64,000 bases of DNA, from contig JAKIMF020000005.1 in the NCBI GenBank assembly GCA_022605425.2, forward strand, positions 124,001-188,000, in the 5' to 3' direction. The notes under the pieces are model-generated. The model had not been told where the DNA came from and ran no database searches. It was given only the letters and a program-made list of their open reading frames with translations. Each line of letters opens with the position of its first letter. Within the stretch, counting starts at the first letter, position 1. The stretch comes from Hamiltosporidium tvaerminnensis FI-OER-3-3. Lineage: Eukaryota; Fungi; Microsporidia. The translations under genes were made by a program, and so were the position numbers. Shown one piece after another: positions 42,870 through 54,372 of the stretch.

Positions 42870-45030
42870 AAGTTCTAAATTACTACGATTTCTCATATTT
42901 GTGTAGAATTTTGCTGAATATTTTATTCCTATTTAATTTATTTCAATTTGCGAGTATTTTAAATTTTTTTTCAATAAATTTCGATTGAGTCATAAAATAT
43001 TTGGTACTAAGTATTCTTTTAGATTGGTATAGAGGGGTCTTTTTTCACAATCAGGCGAGTTCCTTATTGTTAAAAAAACAGGTTTTTGTGTGCGAAAATA
43101 TTCTTAGTATCTGAAGTTCTAATAGGTATTTCGCTTTTAATATCTCATTTAAAGACTATTGTACATTCAAATACTAAAATTGTTTAATGTTCTAATTTAT
43201 GATCTAAAAACTTAAAAGGTATACATTTATACAAATATACGTAAGAATCTATGAAATATACTTTTTTATACTACGAACTTATTCCATAATAAGATATTTC
43301 TATTGCTCAATCAAAATTTCTATTTCCTTATTTAACCTAATTGAGATAATATACATATGGTATATCGATAATAGTACTTCTATTGTTTGTGAAACCTACA
43401 ATTAAATTATTTATTTAATAAATGTCACGGCTTTCGGAAACAGTGGAATGTGTTATATTATGTTCATGGCATAAACGCTGCTTTTGGTTCGGGATAATAA
43501 ACCCACACCTCTACCAAAAGAAACTTCCGTGATATTCCTATGATAGTTACATCAAAAATCTTTTCATCTAAAAGATATGTAGATTTCATTTAATGATCAG
43601 GAAAGTAATTCGTTACAGATTTATGTCTGTTGGCCTGGTGTGTTATCGCGGTAAGACCAAATACAGTCTCTCATGTAACTTTGTAGCATTTCAATCTAGA
43701 TAAGGCTTTTTGAACCGTATATATATCTATTATAATATATCTCGTTTTTTGGCATTCGGTCTACTGATTTGCATATTATTTCAACATGCACTACCGGCTA
43801 CTTGGCTTTCCTGGCTTTTTGAAGAATATGTTTCTCTCTATTCCTCGCGGAGCAAGTTTTCTAACACGTGTGGACCAAAAATGCTTTAATGTTTTTATAC
43901 GGAAATTATATACAATTCAAGCCATTATTTCGAATCTAGTTACACAGTAAATTATTAATTTCTATGCAGAAAAGGTTTGACTTTTTGTAAAACATTTCTT
44001 TCATCCAAATTATTGTGGGAATAGCAAAATATTGTATGGTTTACCCGCTACAAAAACCGAACATTGGATTTTTCATCTTGATCTTAAATACTCGTGTCTA
44101 AAAAGATGATTTAAATGTAATTATTCCTTCTACAGGATGCAAATTCAATAGAAATAATCCACTTTCTACATTAAAAATCTCTATTTTAAATTGAAATTTT
44201 ATGGAACTTAAATTTTTTAACCATAATTACATAACTTTTATAAGTTTTTTTACCAACAAATTTATCTTACTTGGATTTATATTAAAATAAGTATAAAATA
44301 TTAATTATTTTATTAAAAATGAACCTTATAATAAAAATCATAGAAGATTTTCTAACTGAAGTTATAATATTCTATCATTTCAATGTACAATTCAAATACT
44401 GCTTTTATGTATTACAATTTATTTTTGAATGCTTAAATCTTAATGTTTTTTAGGATGGGATTTATTACTAAATTTTCAAATCATATACACTGCGAGTTTT
44501 GAGTCAATTTTATTTTTAATATCTTTATCATGTCTTGAAAAATTTACAACTTAAAAGTAATTTTATATTTTCCCCAGGAATTCATAAGGCAAAATATATT
44601 TCGATATTTTTTTTCGAGATTCTAAGCATAATATAAACCAGATATATTGTGTTTAAAAACACTTGTAATTTGAGTTTTATGAATAGTCTTTAAAATGTTC
44701 GTTAAAAAAATTTAGAAACGAAAAAATTTAAAATTTAATTTTTATCAAAAAATACAAGTTTTGAATTAATTTAGTCTATATTGATAAGAAAAATATAAAT
44801 TAGGTAAATTAATATACAATTTTCAATAAATATCAAAACATCTATCTTATTAAAAGAAGTTGGATATTAAAAAGGAATTTATGTTATTTCTAATTGAGTA
44901 AATGCTAAATCTACTGAATTACTTTGCTATCTTTATTCAAGTTTATACAAAACTTAATTTTATTTTTTTTCCTTTTTAGGTAAGTAAATAGTATCGGTTA
45001 TCTTTTTCATATGACTGGCTATCTTTTTTA

Positions 45031-45034
45031 GGGG
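45031..45034 (+). promoter_or_regulatory. GGG-like motif upstream of USP start codon
   Basis: TTTTTTAGGGGAATAATG; CCC/GGG motifs close to the ATG are an established microsporidian transcription/translation start signal. Confidence 0.55.
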
Positions 45035-45038
45035 AATA

Positions 45039-46055
45039 ATGAAAGTAAAGAATCTGATAATTTGTTTAGTATCTGCCTCTTTTGTTTTGGTGTTATTAAT
45101 ACTAGCAATTGTATTTCTGAATCCGAAGAAGCATAAAGAAGAGTCTTTCGGCGTAAACAAACCCAAAACATCCGAAAATAAGCTCATATTTAAAAAGTGT
45201 CATGTTGTAGGCTTGATCAACGATAAAAACGTTTGTTATTTTAATTCAATTCTACAAGCTTTGTATTCTCAAAGAAAATTTCTTGAAAAATTATTTGAAT
45301 TTAAGCACAATGAAGACCAAAAATGTATTATAATTTTGAAAGAAATCTTTGATCAGATGTTGGCCGGTAAAATAGTCAACACATCTAAATATTTAGAAGA
45401 AATTATAAGTTTAGCAGGAAAATCTAAAAATTTTATAGTTGGTCACCTTAAAGATGCTTTTGATTGTCTAGGTATAGTTATATCACAAATATTAAAAGAA
45501 TTAAATTATAATCCGGAAACGGGCGTATTTCCGCAAAAAATAATCGAGAAATTTCATAAACAAAATTTTATGGTCGAACTCTTTTATAATCAAGGAAAAG
45601 AAACTATAACATGTGATTTCTGCCCATCTAAAAATGCTTCTATTGGAAATAATTACGCATTTGTATTTTATTTCGAAAATTCAATACAAGAATCAATTGA
45701 TAACCGATTTAAAACAAGCTATTTCGACTGTTTTCCTGGTTCTTTGCAAAACAAATATCATCAAGCAAAAAACATTTTTGAATTCATTCGGTTACCTCAG
45801 ATCTTCATAATTAAAAATACCCGCTCGGATATTTATAAAAAAATACTAATAGATAACATAATATGTGTTCAAAATCAAAACTATACTTTCAAAGCGTGCT
45901 TATTTTACATTAATAGTAATCACTTTTTTACTGTTGCGGTTCACAATAGTATTTTATATGAATTCAATGATGCTGTAGTGAAAAAATTAAATATAGAATC
46001 GATAGAGGATATTGAGACTCATGGAATGCCTGATATATTGATTTATGAGATTTGA
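45039..46055 (+). CDS. Ubiquitin-specific protease (peptidase C19/USP) with N-terminal hydrophobic signal/anchor
   Basis: Cys box GLINDKNVCYFNSILQAL; degenerate QQD box GHLKDAFDCL; His box NHFFTVAVH followed by YEFNDAVV; residues ~6-27 LIICLVSASFVLVLLILAIVFL are hydrophobic. Confidence 0.93.
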   Translation: MKVKNLIICLVSASFVLVLLILAIVFLNPKKHKEESFGVNKPKTSENKLIFKKCHVVGLINDKNVCYFNSILQALYSQRKFLEKLFEFKHNEDQKCIIILKEIFDQMLAGKIVNTSKYLEEIISLAGKSKNFIVGHLKDAFDCLGIVISQILKELNYNPETGVFPQKIIEKFHKQNFMVELFYNQGKETITCDFCPSKNASIGNNYAFVFYFENSIQESIDNRFKTSYFDCFPGSLQNKYHQAKNIFEFIRLPQIFIIKNTRSDIYKKILIDNIICVQNQNYTFKACLFYINSNHFFTVAVHNSILYEFNDAVVKKLNIESIEDIETHGMPDILIYEI

Positions 46056-49000
46056 AAGGTTGTATGGATAGATGAAGGAATGACGGTTTTCTTTTTTTTT
46101 AAATTGTATTTTATTTTTAATTAACAAAATGTTTACTTTGAATAGATAATTCAATGTAGAGTGGACTTAAATTCTTTTTAGTTTCCATTTAATTTACAAA
46201 TGAATTCTATAGATTTCTGTGGATAAATATTATCTATAAGCTATTATTAAACTATTTATATCAAAATAATTTAAAAAATATGACAAAAAAAATTTTTCAC
46301 AATGTTAACATTTTTTTATAGAATCGTGAATAAATTTATTGCTTTAAATTCCTATTTAGATAAAATTTCTGCTATCTTTAATTTTATTACTATAAGTATA
46401 ATTTAAAAAATATTTATGACTTAATTTTCGATAATTCTTCAAATCCTATAAAAACTTTCAAAAAATATTAAAAATGCAAATGAAATTTTTGTATTGGTTA
46501 TGTTATTCCGAAAATCAAACATTCGGTTGCAAGTTATGACACTAAAGACATAATTTAAGCAATAAATGATAGATTTAACCAATCTGATAATTAATATCAT
46601 TGCCTTGCTTTTCTAATGTGCTTCTCAAGTATTTAAATTGCCTAAGCGCATAAAAAAACATCATTCTGCTTCTATTTCAGAGAAAAAACCAGATGATAAT
46701 GGTGTGTAGAATACTAGACTCTGACTCGACTGTAGAGGATATATGACCTGGTATCCATGCTTCTATAAATTTGCAAAAATTTTGAAGAATACATAGACGG
46801 ATAAGTTGATAATTCTGAGACAGTGAATGAAAAATTGCATCACATGTTGCCTTAAATGTGTGGTGAATTTTCTACATAAATAGACATAAGAATAAAAGGC
46901 ACGCTCAGATAGAGTAAGGAAAAGATCTAAGCTGGATAATTGGTTATTTTCTTGATCACGACCCTTTTCTACATTAATATGAGTCAAACGCACTTTGTAA
47001 AATCAAGAAATTCAAAGAAATAAATTTATCAATTGACGATCGGAACTCGAAAATTTTTTGAATGAATTAATAATAAAATTCTATTTGGTTTTTGTATTAG
47101 GCGGTATACTAACCAGATATTATATTTACATGATGATAACGGGCGTATTGCGTATTTTCTAGAGGTTTTCGGATTTCCGAGCAAGTAATACACATAAAAA
47201 TTTAGAATATTGGTTCGCAAAAAATTAGTGTGTAATTGAACAAGGGACTTTCTGGTATTCTCTTCTAAAAACTGCACAACAGATATTTCTAGATTTCTGA
47301 AAAAAAAAGACAGAAGAAAGTAGTAGAAAATTTAATTTTTGGTTATACAGTAAAAATATCTGTTCTGTGTGTTAATTTAAAAAAAAACTTGATTAAAATC
47401 TAAAAAAAAACTTAAGATTTCTAAATGTAAGATTTTTTTCGAAAAGGAAACAATTTCAGATATATCGAGAGCAGTTTTTTCATAGATATCGAAAATGTAA
47501 AGTCTTGCACTTGACAAATGGTGATATATTGTAATATCTTGGTTAAAGTGAAATGAGAATAGTGATTGAAGCACGAAAATATTTCTACGGTATTATTCTG
47601 TCTAGGTTAGACAGGAATTACAGTTCAAAAAACATCACGTTGGCAACGAGTGCATATAATTGCTGTGGAAATTATTGTTACCGTTTTTGTGAGTTATAAA
47701 CCACGCTAAATCTATGGGCCAATCTCTTATAATTCCGAGTTTTAACATATTAAAAGGAGCAAAAATAATTTTATTAAATCATCTTCAACACCGAAAGATA
47801 AAAGAGGAATAGAATATATAATCTGGTGTTTATTCTCTTTCAAAATTATTACGTAAAAGTTTCAAAAAAAAACATTGTTTAAAACAACCATAATTTGCTG
47901 ATTAAACTTACATCAGCTAAGATTTTTAATCGAATTTAATTATTTTAAAGAACTTAAGCAATGCATTTTTATCCATTATATTGCGAAATCTATAGAGTTA
48001 AAAGATGCCTTTTAGTTCAAATTGTTTGTGTGTAAAAACAGTATATATGAAAATTACTACTATGTTACAGAATATTTGATCACGGGCCAAGTATCTATGG
48101 TAGCATCTTTAAAAGCTTAAAAAAATCAGGTGAGAAAATTAGCTAGCATATAGTAAAGAAACCGCGCGAAAGATTGAAAAAAGATTAATCAGGCGCTATA
48201 AACGAGCTTGGGAAGACGAAAAGACGGATTATATAGGCTTTCAGATATGAAAAAAGTGTAAACAATTTTGAATCAGTAAATTAAAAGTAAAAAAACTTCT
48301 TTTTATATCTCAGGCTTTACAGTAAGCCTTGTTCTGTAAATTTATAATTTGATTCTAATGTTTTTAAAGATATCACTATCCAACTGGAGAAGTGCTATAT
48401 TCGTAGGCCCTAAAAATCATAGACACGACGAATGTGAAGAGTATTCTATTGAAAGATATTTCGTCATATAGATTTTTTGTGGATAGAGATGCGTTGAGCA
48501 GAAAGCTAAATTAGAAGTACCAAGAGTGACAATACATTCGAATACAGTTTCTTGCGGTTTTGATAATCACCTTTCCTATTTTATTATACGCCTCTTGCTG
48601 CAGACCAGTAGTTTGACCCTGAGATATATAGCGGATCAAGCTAAATAATTTGTAAAAGTAATGGAATCTGTGGTAAACAAACGAAATTCTACATAATTTA
48701 TTCATTCTTAAAAAGATTCTGCGGTTTTTTAAAAGGTGAAAGTACTTAAAATATTTGAAAATAATAGAAAATAGCATGGGTAATCCGAAATGCACCTTTT
48801 TTGAAGATGAAAAAGGCAAAGTAGCAGCAAGGGATTAATCACTATTTTTCATAAGTAAATAACAAAAAAATATTCTATTTTATTTATTACTATCATATGG
48901 GTGTTCAAACTGTCTGCGTTGTTTTTTGAAGTTATATTATGCGGTCATGGTTATGTTCATAAGGAATAAGGTATATCTTTGTATATGATGTAAAAGAGCC

Positions 49001-49089
49001 TTTGTTCTTTCTATAACAAAAAAAGCATGAAGCCTAAATAATGTTGAGTTGTGATTTATTTATGGGTCTCTGTAATTTATTAAATTCCC

Positions 49090-50100
49090 AAAAATATCTA
49101 AAGAAACATCGACCAGAATAGCAGCAATCCTTAAGGTGGGGAACACTAGTAAATCCATCTTTCTCTGTGAAAAAAAAGTTCTCATGGCTGAAAAACGGGT
49201 TGGAAGAAAAAATTACTATGATGAATATTTAATCAGCCGATTTCAAATTTATAAATCGAAATAGAAAAAAGAAACCATATTCAAAGCTAGATAATGTAAA
49301 AATATATGGGCTTATGAGCGTTATTGACTGTGCTATATGTTTAAATAGAGAAAATAATAGACTTGTATGAAGCAGTGTTTGTCATTTCTAGGGCTGAAAT
49401 GTATTCTGGTCTGCAAGTGATGTGTCAACACAGCAACACTTTTGATAAACACTGGTGCCTTTAGCGACTCGATGTGGGAAATTCTCGGATATGGCTATAC
49501 CAGATCGTATAATAAGGCGGGGTGTTAATTGTACACATCAACTCCGTCAAGATATATATAATTTAAGAGTTCAAAACTAATTATGAGTCAAATAGTTCAA
49601 GAAATTAAAGATAATGAGTAAGAAGTGACAAGAGTTGGCACCAGGATAAAAACCGATGGCAAAATTCGGAATAATAGAGCTAGCATTTTGTTTTTAGATA
49701 AAAAGAAGAATATGATAACACTCATTGATGTAGACATCACTTCCCAAGATATACTTCAAATTTTTGAAAATAAAAAATTTAGTAAGTATGATCTATTAGC
49801 AAATGAGTTGGGCCTTATTTATAAGTGCAGTGTTGAGATAATCCTTTATGTGATAACTTGGGACTATTGTCACAAAATAACATATGTCACACCTAAAAAG
49901 ATTATAAATACCGGTGAATGTAGAAGCTAATATTTAATCGTTTGTACTTAAGAAGACAGTCGAAGCCATTTCATTGATAGTATAATTGGAATTAAGTCGA
50001 GACCAAATGCCAAAGAGAGCTGTAAAAATGCGTCAATGGGTATCACTAAGAAAGCCAAAATACCCGGAAAAATACTACCCTATATGATATGTGATAGTAA
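49090..50100 (+). mobile_element. 3' relic of RLE-type non-LTR retrotransposon (zinc knuckle plus restriction-like endonuclease), copy 1
   Basis: Frameshifted relics SKETSTRIAAILKV, MCQH...LATRCGKILGYGYTR, SVQEIKDNE, then ORF 49625..49930 RVGTRIKTDGKIRNNRASILFLDKKKNMITLIDVDIT...KYDLLANELGLIYKCSVEII (degenerate RPD...(D/E)xxIT...KY endonuclease). Confidence 0.85.
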
Positions 50101-50510
50101 CGAGGAATATGGTGTTAACCATTGCAAAACAATACACACTTTTATTTCAGATGGTGTAACTCCAATAGGGAAACTACAATAGATATAAGAAAGTTGGATT
50201 TAGAGGAAGACAATGAAGCAGTTCAAAGCGCTATTATATAAGACAAACCTCTTACTTTTTTAACACAAAATTTCAGTGGAAATAAAAATTTAAGTTTTTT
50301 TCTTTCCATTTACTCCATACTTTTAATTATTTGTTTTTTTTCCTTCCAAATTCTTAAATGGTAATTTATTCCAATTTAAATATTTGACTAAAAATTACAA
50401 ATAAATTCTTCTAATATTTCATCAAAATATCCCTCATTTCTCTCTCTATTTTTTCACTTCCTCTTACTACCCTTCACTTTCATTCTTTTTTTTTACAAAA
50501 TATTTCTTCA

Positions 50511-50518
50511 CCCTTAAA
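50511..50518 (+). promoter_or_regulatory. CCC-like motif upstream of RPS17 ATG
   Basis: CACCCTTAAAATG, preceded by a pyrimidine/AT-rich stretch. Confidence 0.7.
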
Positions 50519-50928
50519 ATGGTAAGTTACATATTTCTAATTTAAAGGGAGGAGTAAGAAACAAAGTAGTTAAAAGAGCAGCAAGACTTTTATTAGAAAA
50601 ACACTATTCTTCACTTACATATGACTTCTATATAAATAAAAGGGTAGTCCAAGAGAAGACAAATATTCAATCCAAACGTCTTAGAAACAAAGTAGCCGGT
50701 TATTCCACACATTTGATGTCTAGAATGCGTAAGGGTGTTGTTAAAGGAATATTTATTGCTAAACACGAAGAAGAAAGAATTCAAAAAGAAAATTTTATTC
50801 CAAAAGAAAAAATTTTGGATTCTGAAAAAGTTGAAGTCGATGATTTGACTTTGAATATGATTAACCAGTATGGATTTAAAGGTAATTTTACACCTTTTGT
50901 TGTTGAGAAGACAGTGACAACGAGTTGA
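50519..50928 (+). CDS. RPS17: 40S ribosomal protein S17 (eS17), 127 aa; join(50519..50521,50548..50928)
   Basis: Spliced product MGGVRNKVVKRAARLLLEKHYSSLTYDFYINKRVVQEKTNIQSKRLRNKVAGYSTHLMSRMRKGVVKGI...EEER matches the eS17 signature (MGRVRTKTVKKAAR...SKKLRNKIAGYVTHLMKRI). The ORF track shows only the 3' part. AATAAA follows the stop. Confidence 0.97.
50522..50547 (+). other. 26-nt spliceosomal intron immediately after start codon
   Basis: GTAAGTTACATATTTCTAATTTAAAG: GTAAGT donor, CTAAT branch point, AAG acceptor; its removal restores the eS17 frame. Confidence 0.95.
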
Positions 50929-50988
50929 TAAATAAAAGTGATTTTTATTTTAAAAAAACTGTAATTCTATATTATGGGTGATGTGTTG

Positions 50989-51330
50989 TTAACACCCTTT
51001 AGGTAACAGTAGTATTAATTAACACCCTTTAGGTAACAGTAGTATTAATTACCACCCTTTAAGTACTATATTATTAATTAACACCCCTTTATTTAGTATT
51101 ATAGTAATTATACCCCCTTTAACTACTATAATATCAATAACACCCCTTTAGGTAATAGAGGCATTAAATAACACCCCTTTAACTACTATTATAGTAATTA
51201 ACACCCTTCAATCAATGTACTCTGAAATAACACCCTGTAACTACTATCTAATTAACAAAACCCTTTAATATATACTAAAATAGTCTGAAAAATAAGACCC
51301 TTTAATTATTAAATTATCACCCTACCCTTT
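50989..51330. repeat. Degenerate ~30-bp minisatellite, core TTAACACCC(C)TTTA, ~11-12 units
   Basis: Core recurs at ~30-bp spacing; the first two units are identical (TTAACACCCTTTAGGTAACAGTAGTATTAA) and later ones diverge; the array runs into the transporter stop codon. Confidence 0.92.
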
Positions 51331-52506
51331 TATAACTTGATATAACATAAAACAAGATAAAATAGCCGACAATAAACTAACACCCCCAGCCAGTATTCTC
51401 AGAATTCCATTTCCGTTCTTTCCCAAGGCATAAACCAAAGAAGGAAATAGAAAAGTTATAAACGTAGTACAAGTAGCACCAACAATATTTAATACGAACC
51501 CGTATTCTAACTTCTTAATACAAGCAAGTCCACCAATACTTAAAACAAAAACAACCGTAGAAATCATTCTGGCACTTTCACTGATCTTTTCCTTCTTAAA
51601 AATTTTTCCGATTAAATTTAAAATTGAATCTCTTGCTGGCTGTACTTGCATGGGAAACGCACACATCATTACGAAACAAAACCCTAGTACTGCTCCCTTC
51701 ACCAACATTCCTCCTCCAGTAAGCCCATTTATCTTGTCACTCACTTCTCCTTCCAACATTTCTTCTAAAATACTCATTTTTAAATCTCCTACTAAGTAAT
51801 ATCCTGTTAGTCCTATACCTATATAAATAACACTACCACCAATAACACTAAATAAACTAACTTTAACAATTTCTTTCAAATCACATTTTTCTAATTCATT
51901 AAAAACTTTTAAAATATTTTGGTGACATCCTAAAGCAAACACCATAACACTAATTGCACTTCCAAATCCAAATCCACTTGCTTTCATCTCATAACCACCC
52001 AATTTAATACAGTAAAAAATTATAAGAAAACTTAAAAATAGAACACTTCCTACACTCACATACGAGGTAAACCACAATTTTTTTAAAGATTTTAAACTGC
52101 TTAAAATAAATAACGGAATTATAACAACACCAACCACTATTATTCCATCTGTCTGTAATCCAAATACTTTTGGTAGCCAACCTTTCAAAGCTATCAAGTA
52201 TACCAAACAGCATGCATATCCCTGTAGAGCAATACAAGAATCTGCTGCGTACGCTAATATAGGACTTATACTCTGACACGTCCCAAAATAAGAATAATTT
52301 CCTTTTTTTTCGGTTTGAAAAGCTGCAGAACAAAGAGTGAAAAGAGTAAAAAAGGTAATTGCTGCTATCCCTAAAAAGGTAAGTGACCCAATAATATATC
52401 CCAAGTCTTTGAATGCACGTGGTAGTAGTATAACACCAGAACCAAGCATAGTGGTTATCATGACTGATGTGCCAGAAAAAACTGAGAGTCCAGACTTGTT
52501 TGACAT
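51322..52506 (-). CDS. Amino acid transporter, AAAP/Aa_trans family (AVT/SLC38-like)
   Basis: N-terminal TTMLGSGVILLPRAFKDLG, FALGCHQNI, GLTGY and FPMQVQPARDSI motifs; ~10-11 hydrophobic segments; CCCC motif (52515-52518) upstream of the ATG. Confidence 0.95.
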   Translation of the reverse strand: MSNKSGLSVFSGTSVMITTMLGSGVILLPRAFKDLGYIIGSLTFLGIAAITFFTLFTLCSAAFQTEKKGNYSYFGTCQSISPILAYAADSCIALQGYACCLVYLIALKGWLPKVFGLQTDGIIVVGVVIIPLFILSSLKSLKKLWFTSYVSVGSVLFLSFLIIFYCIKLGGYEMKASGFGFGSAISVMVFALGCHQNILKVFNELEKCDLKEIVKVSLFSVIGGSVIYIGIGLTGYYLVGDLKMSILEEMLEGEVSDKINGLTGGGMLVKGAVLGFCFVMMCAFPMQVQPARDSILNLIGKIFKKEKISESARMISTVVFVLSIGGLACIKKLEYGFVLNIVGATCTTFITFLFPSLVYALGKNGNGILRILAGGVSLLSAILSCFMLYQVIKG

Positions 52507-52872
52507 TTTATGGAGGGGCTAGAGAATAAAAATTTATATTTGAAAATTTGACATAAATTGATAAGAAAATGGATATCAAGTTATCAGCGGAAGATAAATA
52601 TATTGTAATGTATATATTTTAATGTTTTATATTGAATTTCTTGTTTTTATTATCGATTGGTTTTTGTATGAAAATACGTGTTTTTTGAGAAAATGATCGT
52701 TTTGTACAAAAATAATTGTAGTATCAGCAGTTGTATTTTTTTACATGTTTATTTCTTATTTTTGATATTAATTTTAATTATTTCTTAATTATTTACTAAT
52801 TTATTTCTTAATTGTTTGCTTTCTTTCTTTCTTATTTTATTTTCTTGATTAGTAACTTATTTCTTACTTTAA

Positions 52873-52954
52873 ATACTTTATATACTTTATATACTTTATA
52901 TACTTTATATACTTTATATACTTTATATACTTTATATACTTTATATACTTTATA
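52873..52954. repeat. 9-bp tandem repeat (ATACTTTAT)~9
   Basis: Read directly from the sequence; bracketed by a 21-bp direct repeat. Confidence 0.95.
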
Positions 52955-53579
52955 AACTTGAATAGTAACTTATTTCTTACTTTGTTTGTTAATTTACTAT
53001 TTACTAATTTATTTCTTACTTATTTTCTTACATTATTTTCTATTTAATTATTTTAAAAAAGAAGAAATTTTTTTATTTTTTTTAAAATTTCTAACGGAAA
53101 ATATTTTTTTTTAATTAAATTTAATTTAACGAAAAATGATAATTGTTTTGAACTTTGAAATATAAAGTAAGAAAATTTCTTATTTCTCTTTAATTTATGA
53201 CTTTTTTTAAAATTAATTGATCGAAAGTATTTTTAATTGATATTGTTTTTGATTGATATTGTTTTTTTGATGGTAAAGATAAGAATATTATGTCTTATAT
53301 GCATGGTTTGAAGGATGTAAATAAACAATATTTTGGGTTTAATTATGAGTTGTATTGTAATATTTGTATTTCGATTCATATTAAATATTGCAATCCTTGA
53401 GTAATTTTTTTTGTTCTATTATCTTATTTAGTTGGTTAGAATTTTTAGCTTCCATCATAGTTAATTAATAGACATCTTATGTTTTAAGTAAATAAAATTC
53501 TAAATAATATTTTTTTTACATTGTTGTTTATTTCTTTTCTACTTAAATACAGACATATATTGATTGATATGTCCTATAT

Positions 53580-54260
53580 TGCTGAGTATGGTTCTATTCT
53601 TTGTGTAAAAGAAATAAGAATTTTTGGTTTTATTTACTTTATACTGTATGTCTCTATTCAGATAAATAGAGATGTTTTTTACGAATTATTTTATGATATT
53701 TAAACACATTAACATCATTCAGTGTAGATTAAACCATTTGCATTACATTTATGAATAATACTTAACTCATTTGCACGTAAATTATATTTTTACGTGTTTT
53801 TAGATTTTGGAATTGGTTTCATTAAAATATTTTTTTCGCGACTTTATTGTTAGTTGTAACTATAATATCTGATTTTATTGTTTCCTATTCATTTCAAGAA
53901 TATATTTGAACTGAGTGACTTCTAATTCGTTATGAATAAATAAACTTGTATTTATTAGAGCGGAATAGATGTAGATTGTCCTCAATTCACATCATAATGG
54001 CATGTTTTTAGTCATGGTCGAGCATTTTCTCACATCTAGTAATTAAATGTTCAATCGTCTTTCGAGAGTTTAAATTAATGTTGAAACTTTCTTTCTATTT
54101 CTCAAAATACATTTCTATCCTGAATATAACAGAACATCTCTTAGTCACGTGGCCTGATATCTCCTCTCTTAAATCATCTAGAGTGAAAATAAGTACTAAC
54201 TCATTATTTCTAGCATTATATAACTTTGAATGTAATTTTCTGCCTTCTTTTTTGATATTA
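53580..54260 (-). mobile_element. 3' relic of the same RLE-type non-LTR retrotransposon, copy 2
   Basis: Minus strand reads RKLHSKLYNARNNELV...MFCYIQDRNVF...KTIEHLITRCEKMLDHD...RIRSHSVQ...KYNLRANELSIIHKC, collinear with copy 1. Confidence 0.82.
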
Positions 54261-54291
54261 AAAAAGCCAATCGTGTGTTTCAAAAATTTCT

Positions 54292-54372
54292 GTTTCAAAT
54301 CTCTCTTTCAAATCTCTCTTGAAATTTCTCTTTTAAATCTCTTTTTCAGATCTCTCTTTCAAATTTCTCCTT
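54292..54372. repeat. Degenerate 13-bp tandem repeat TTCAAATCTCTCT, ~6 units
   Basis: Read directly from the sequence; lies next to the 5'-truncated end of retrotransposon relic 2. Confidence 0.75.

Noticed and set aside
50989-51330. CRISPR-like look (conserved core with variable spacers at ~30-bp period)
   Set aside because: The core is only ~12 bp, the spacers are related or duplicated, there are no cas genes and the context is eukaryotic; it is a degenerate minisatellite.
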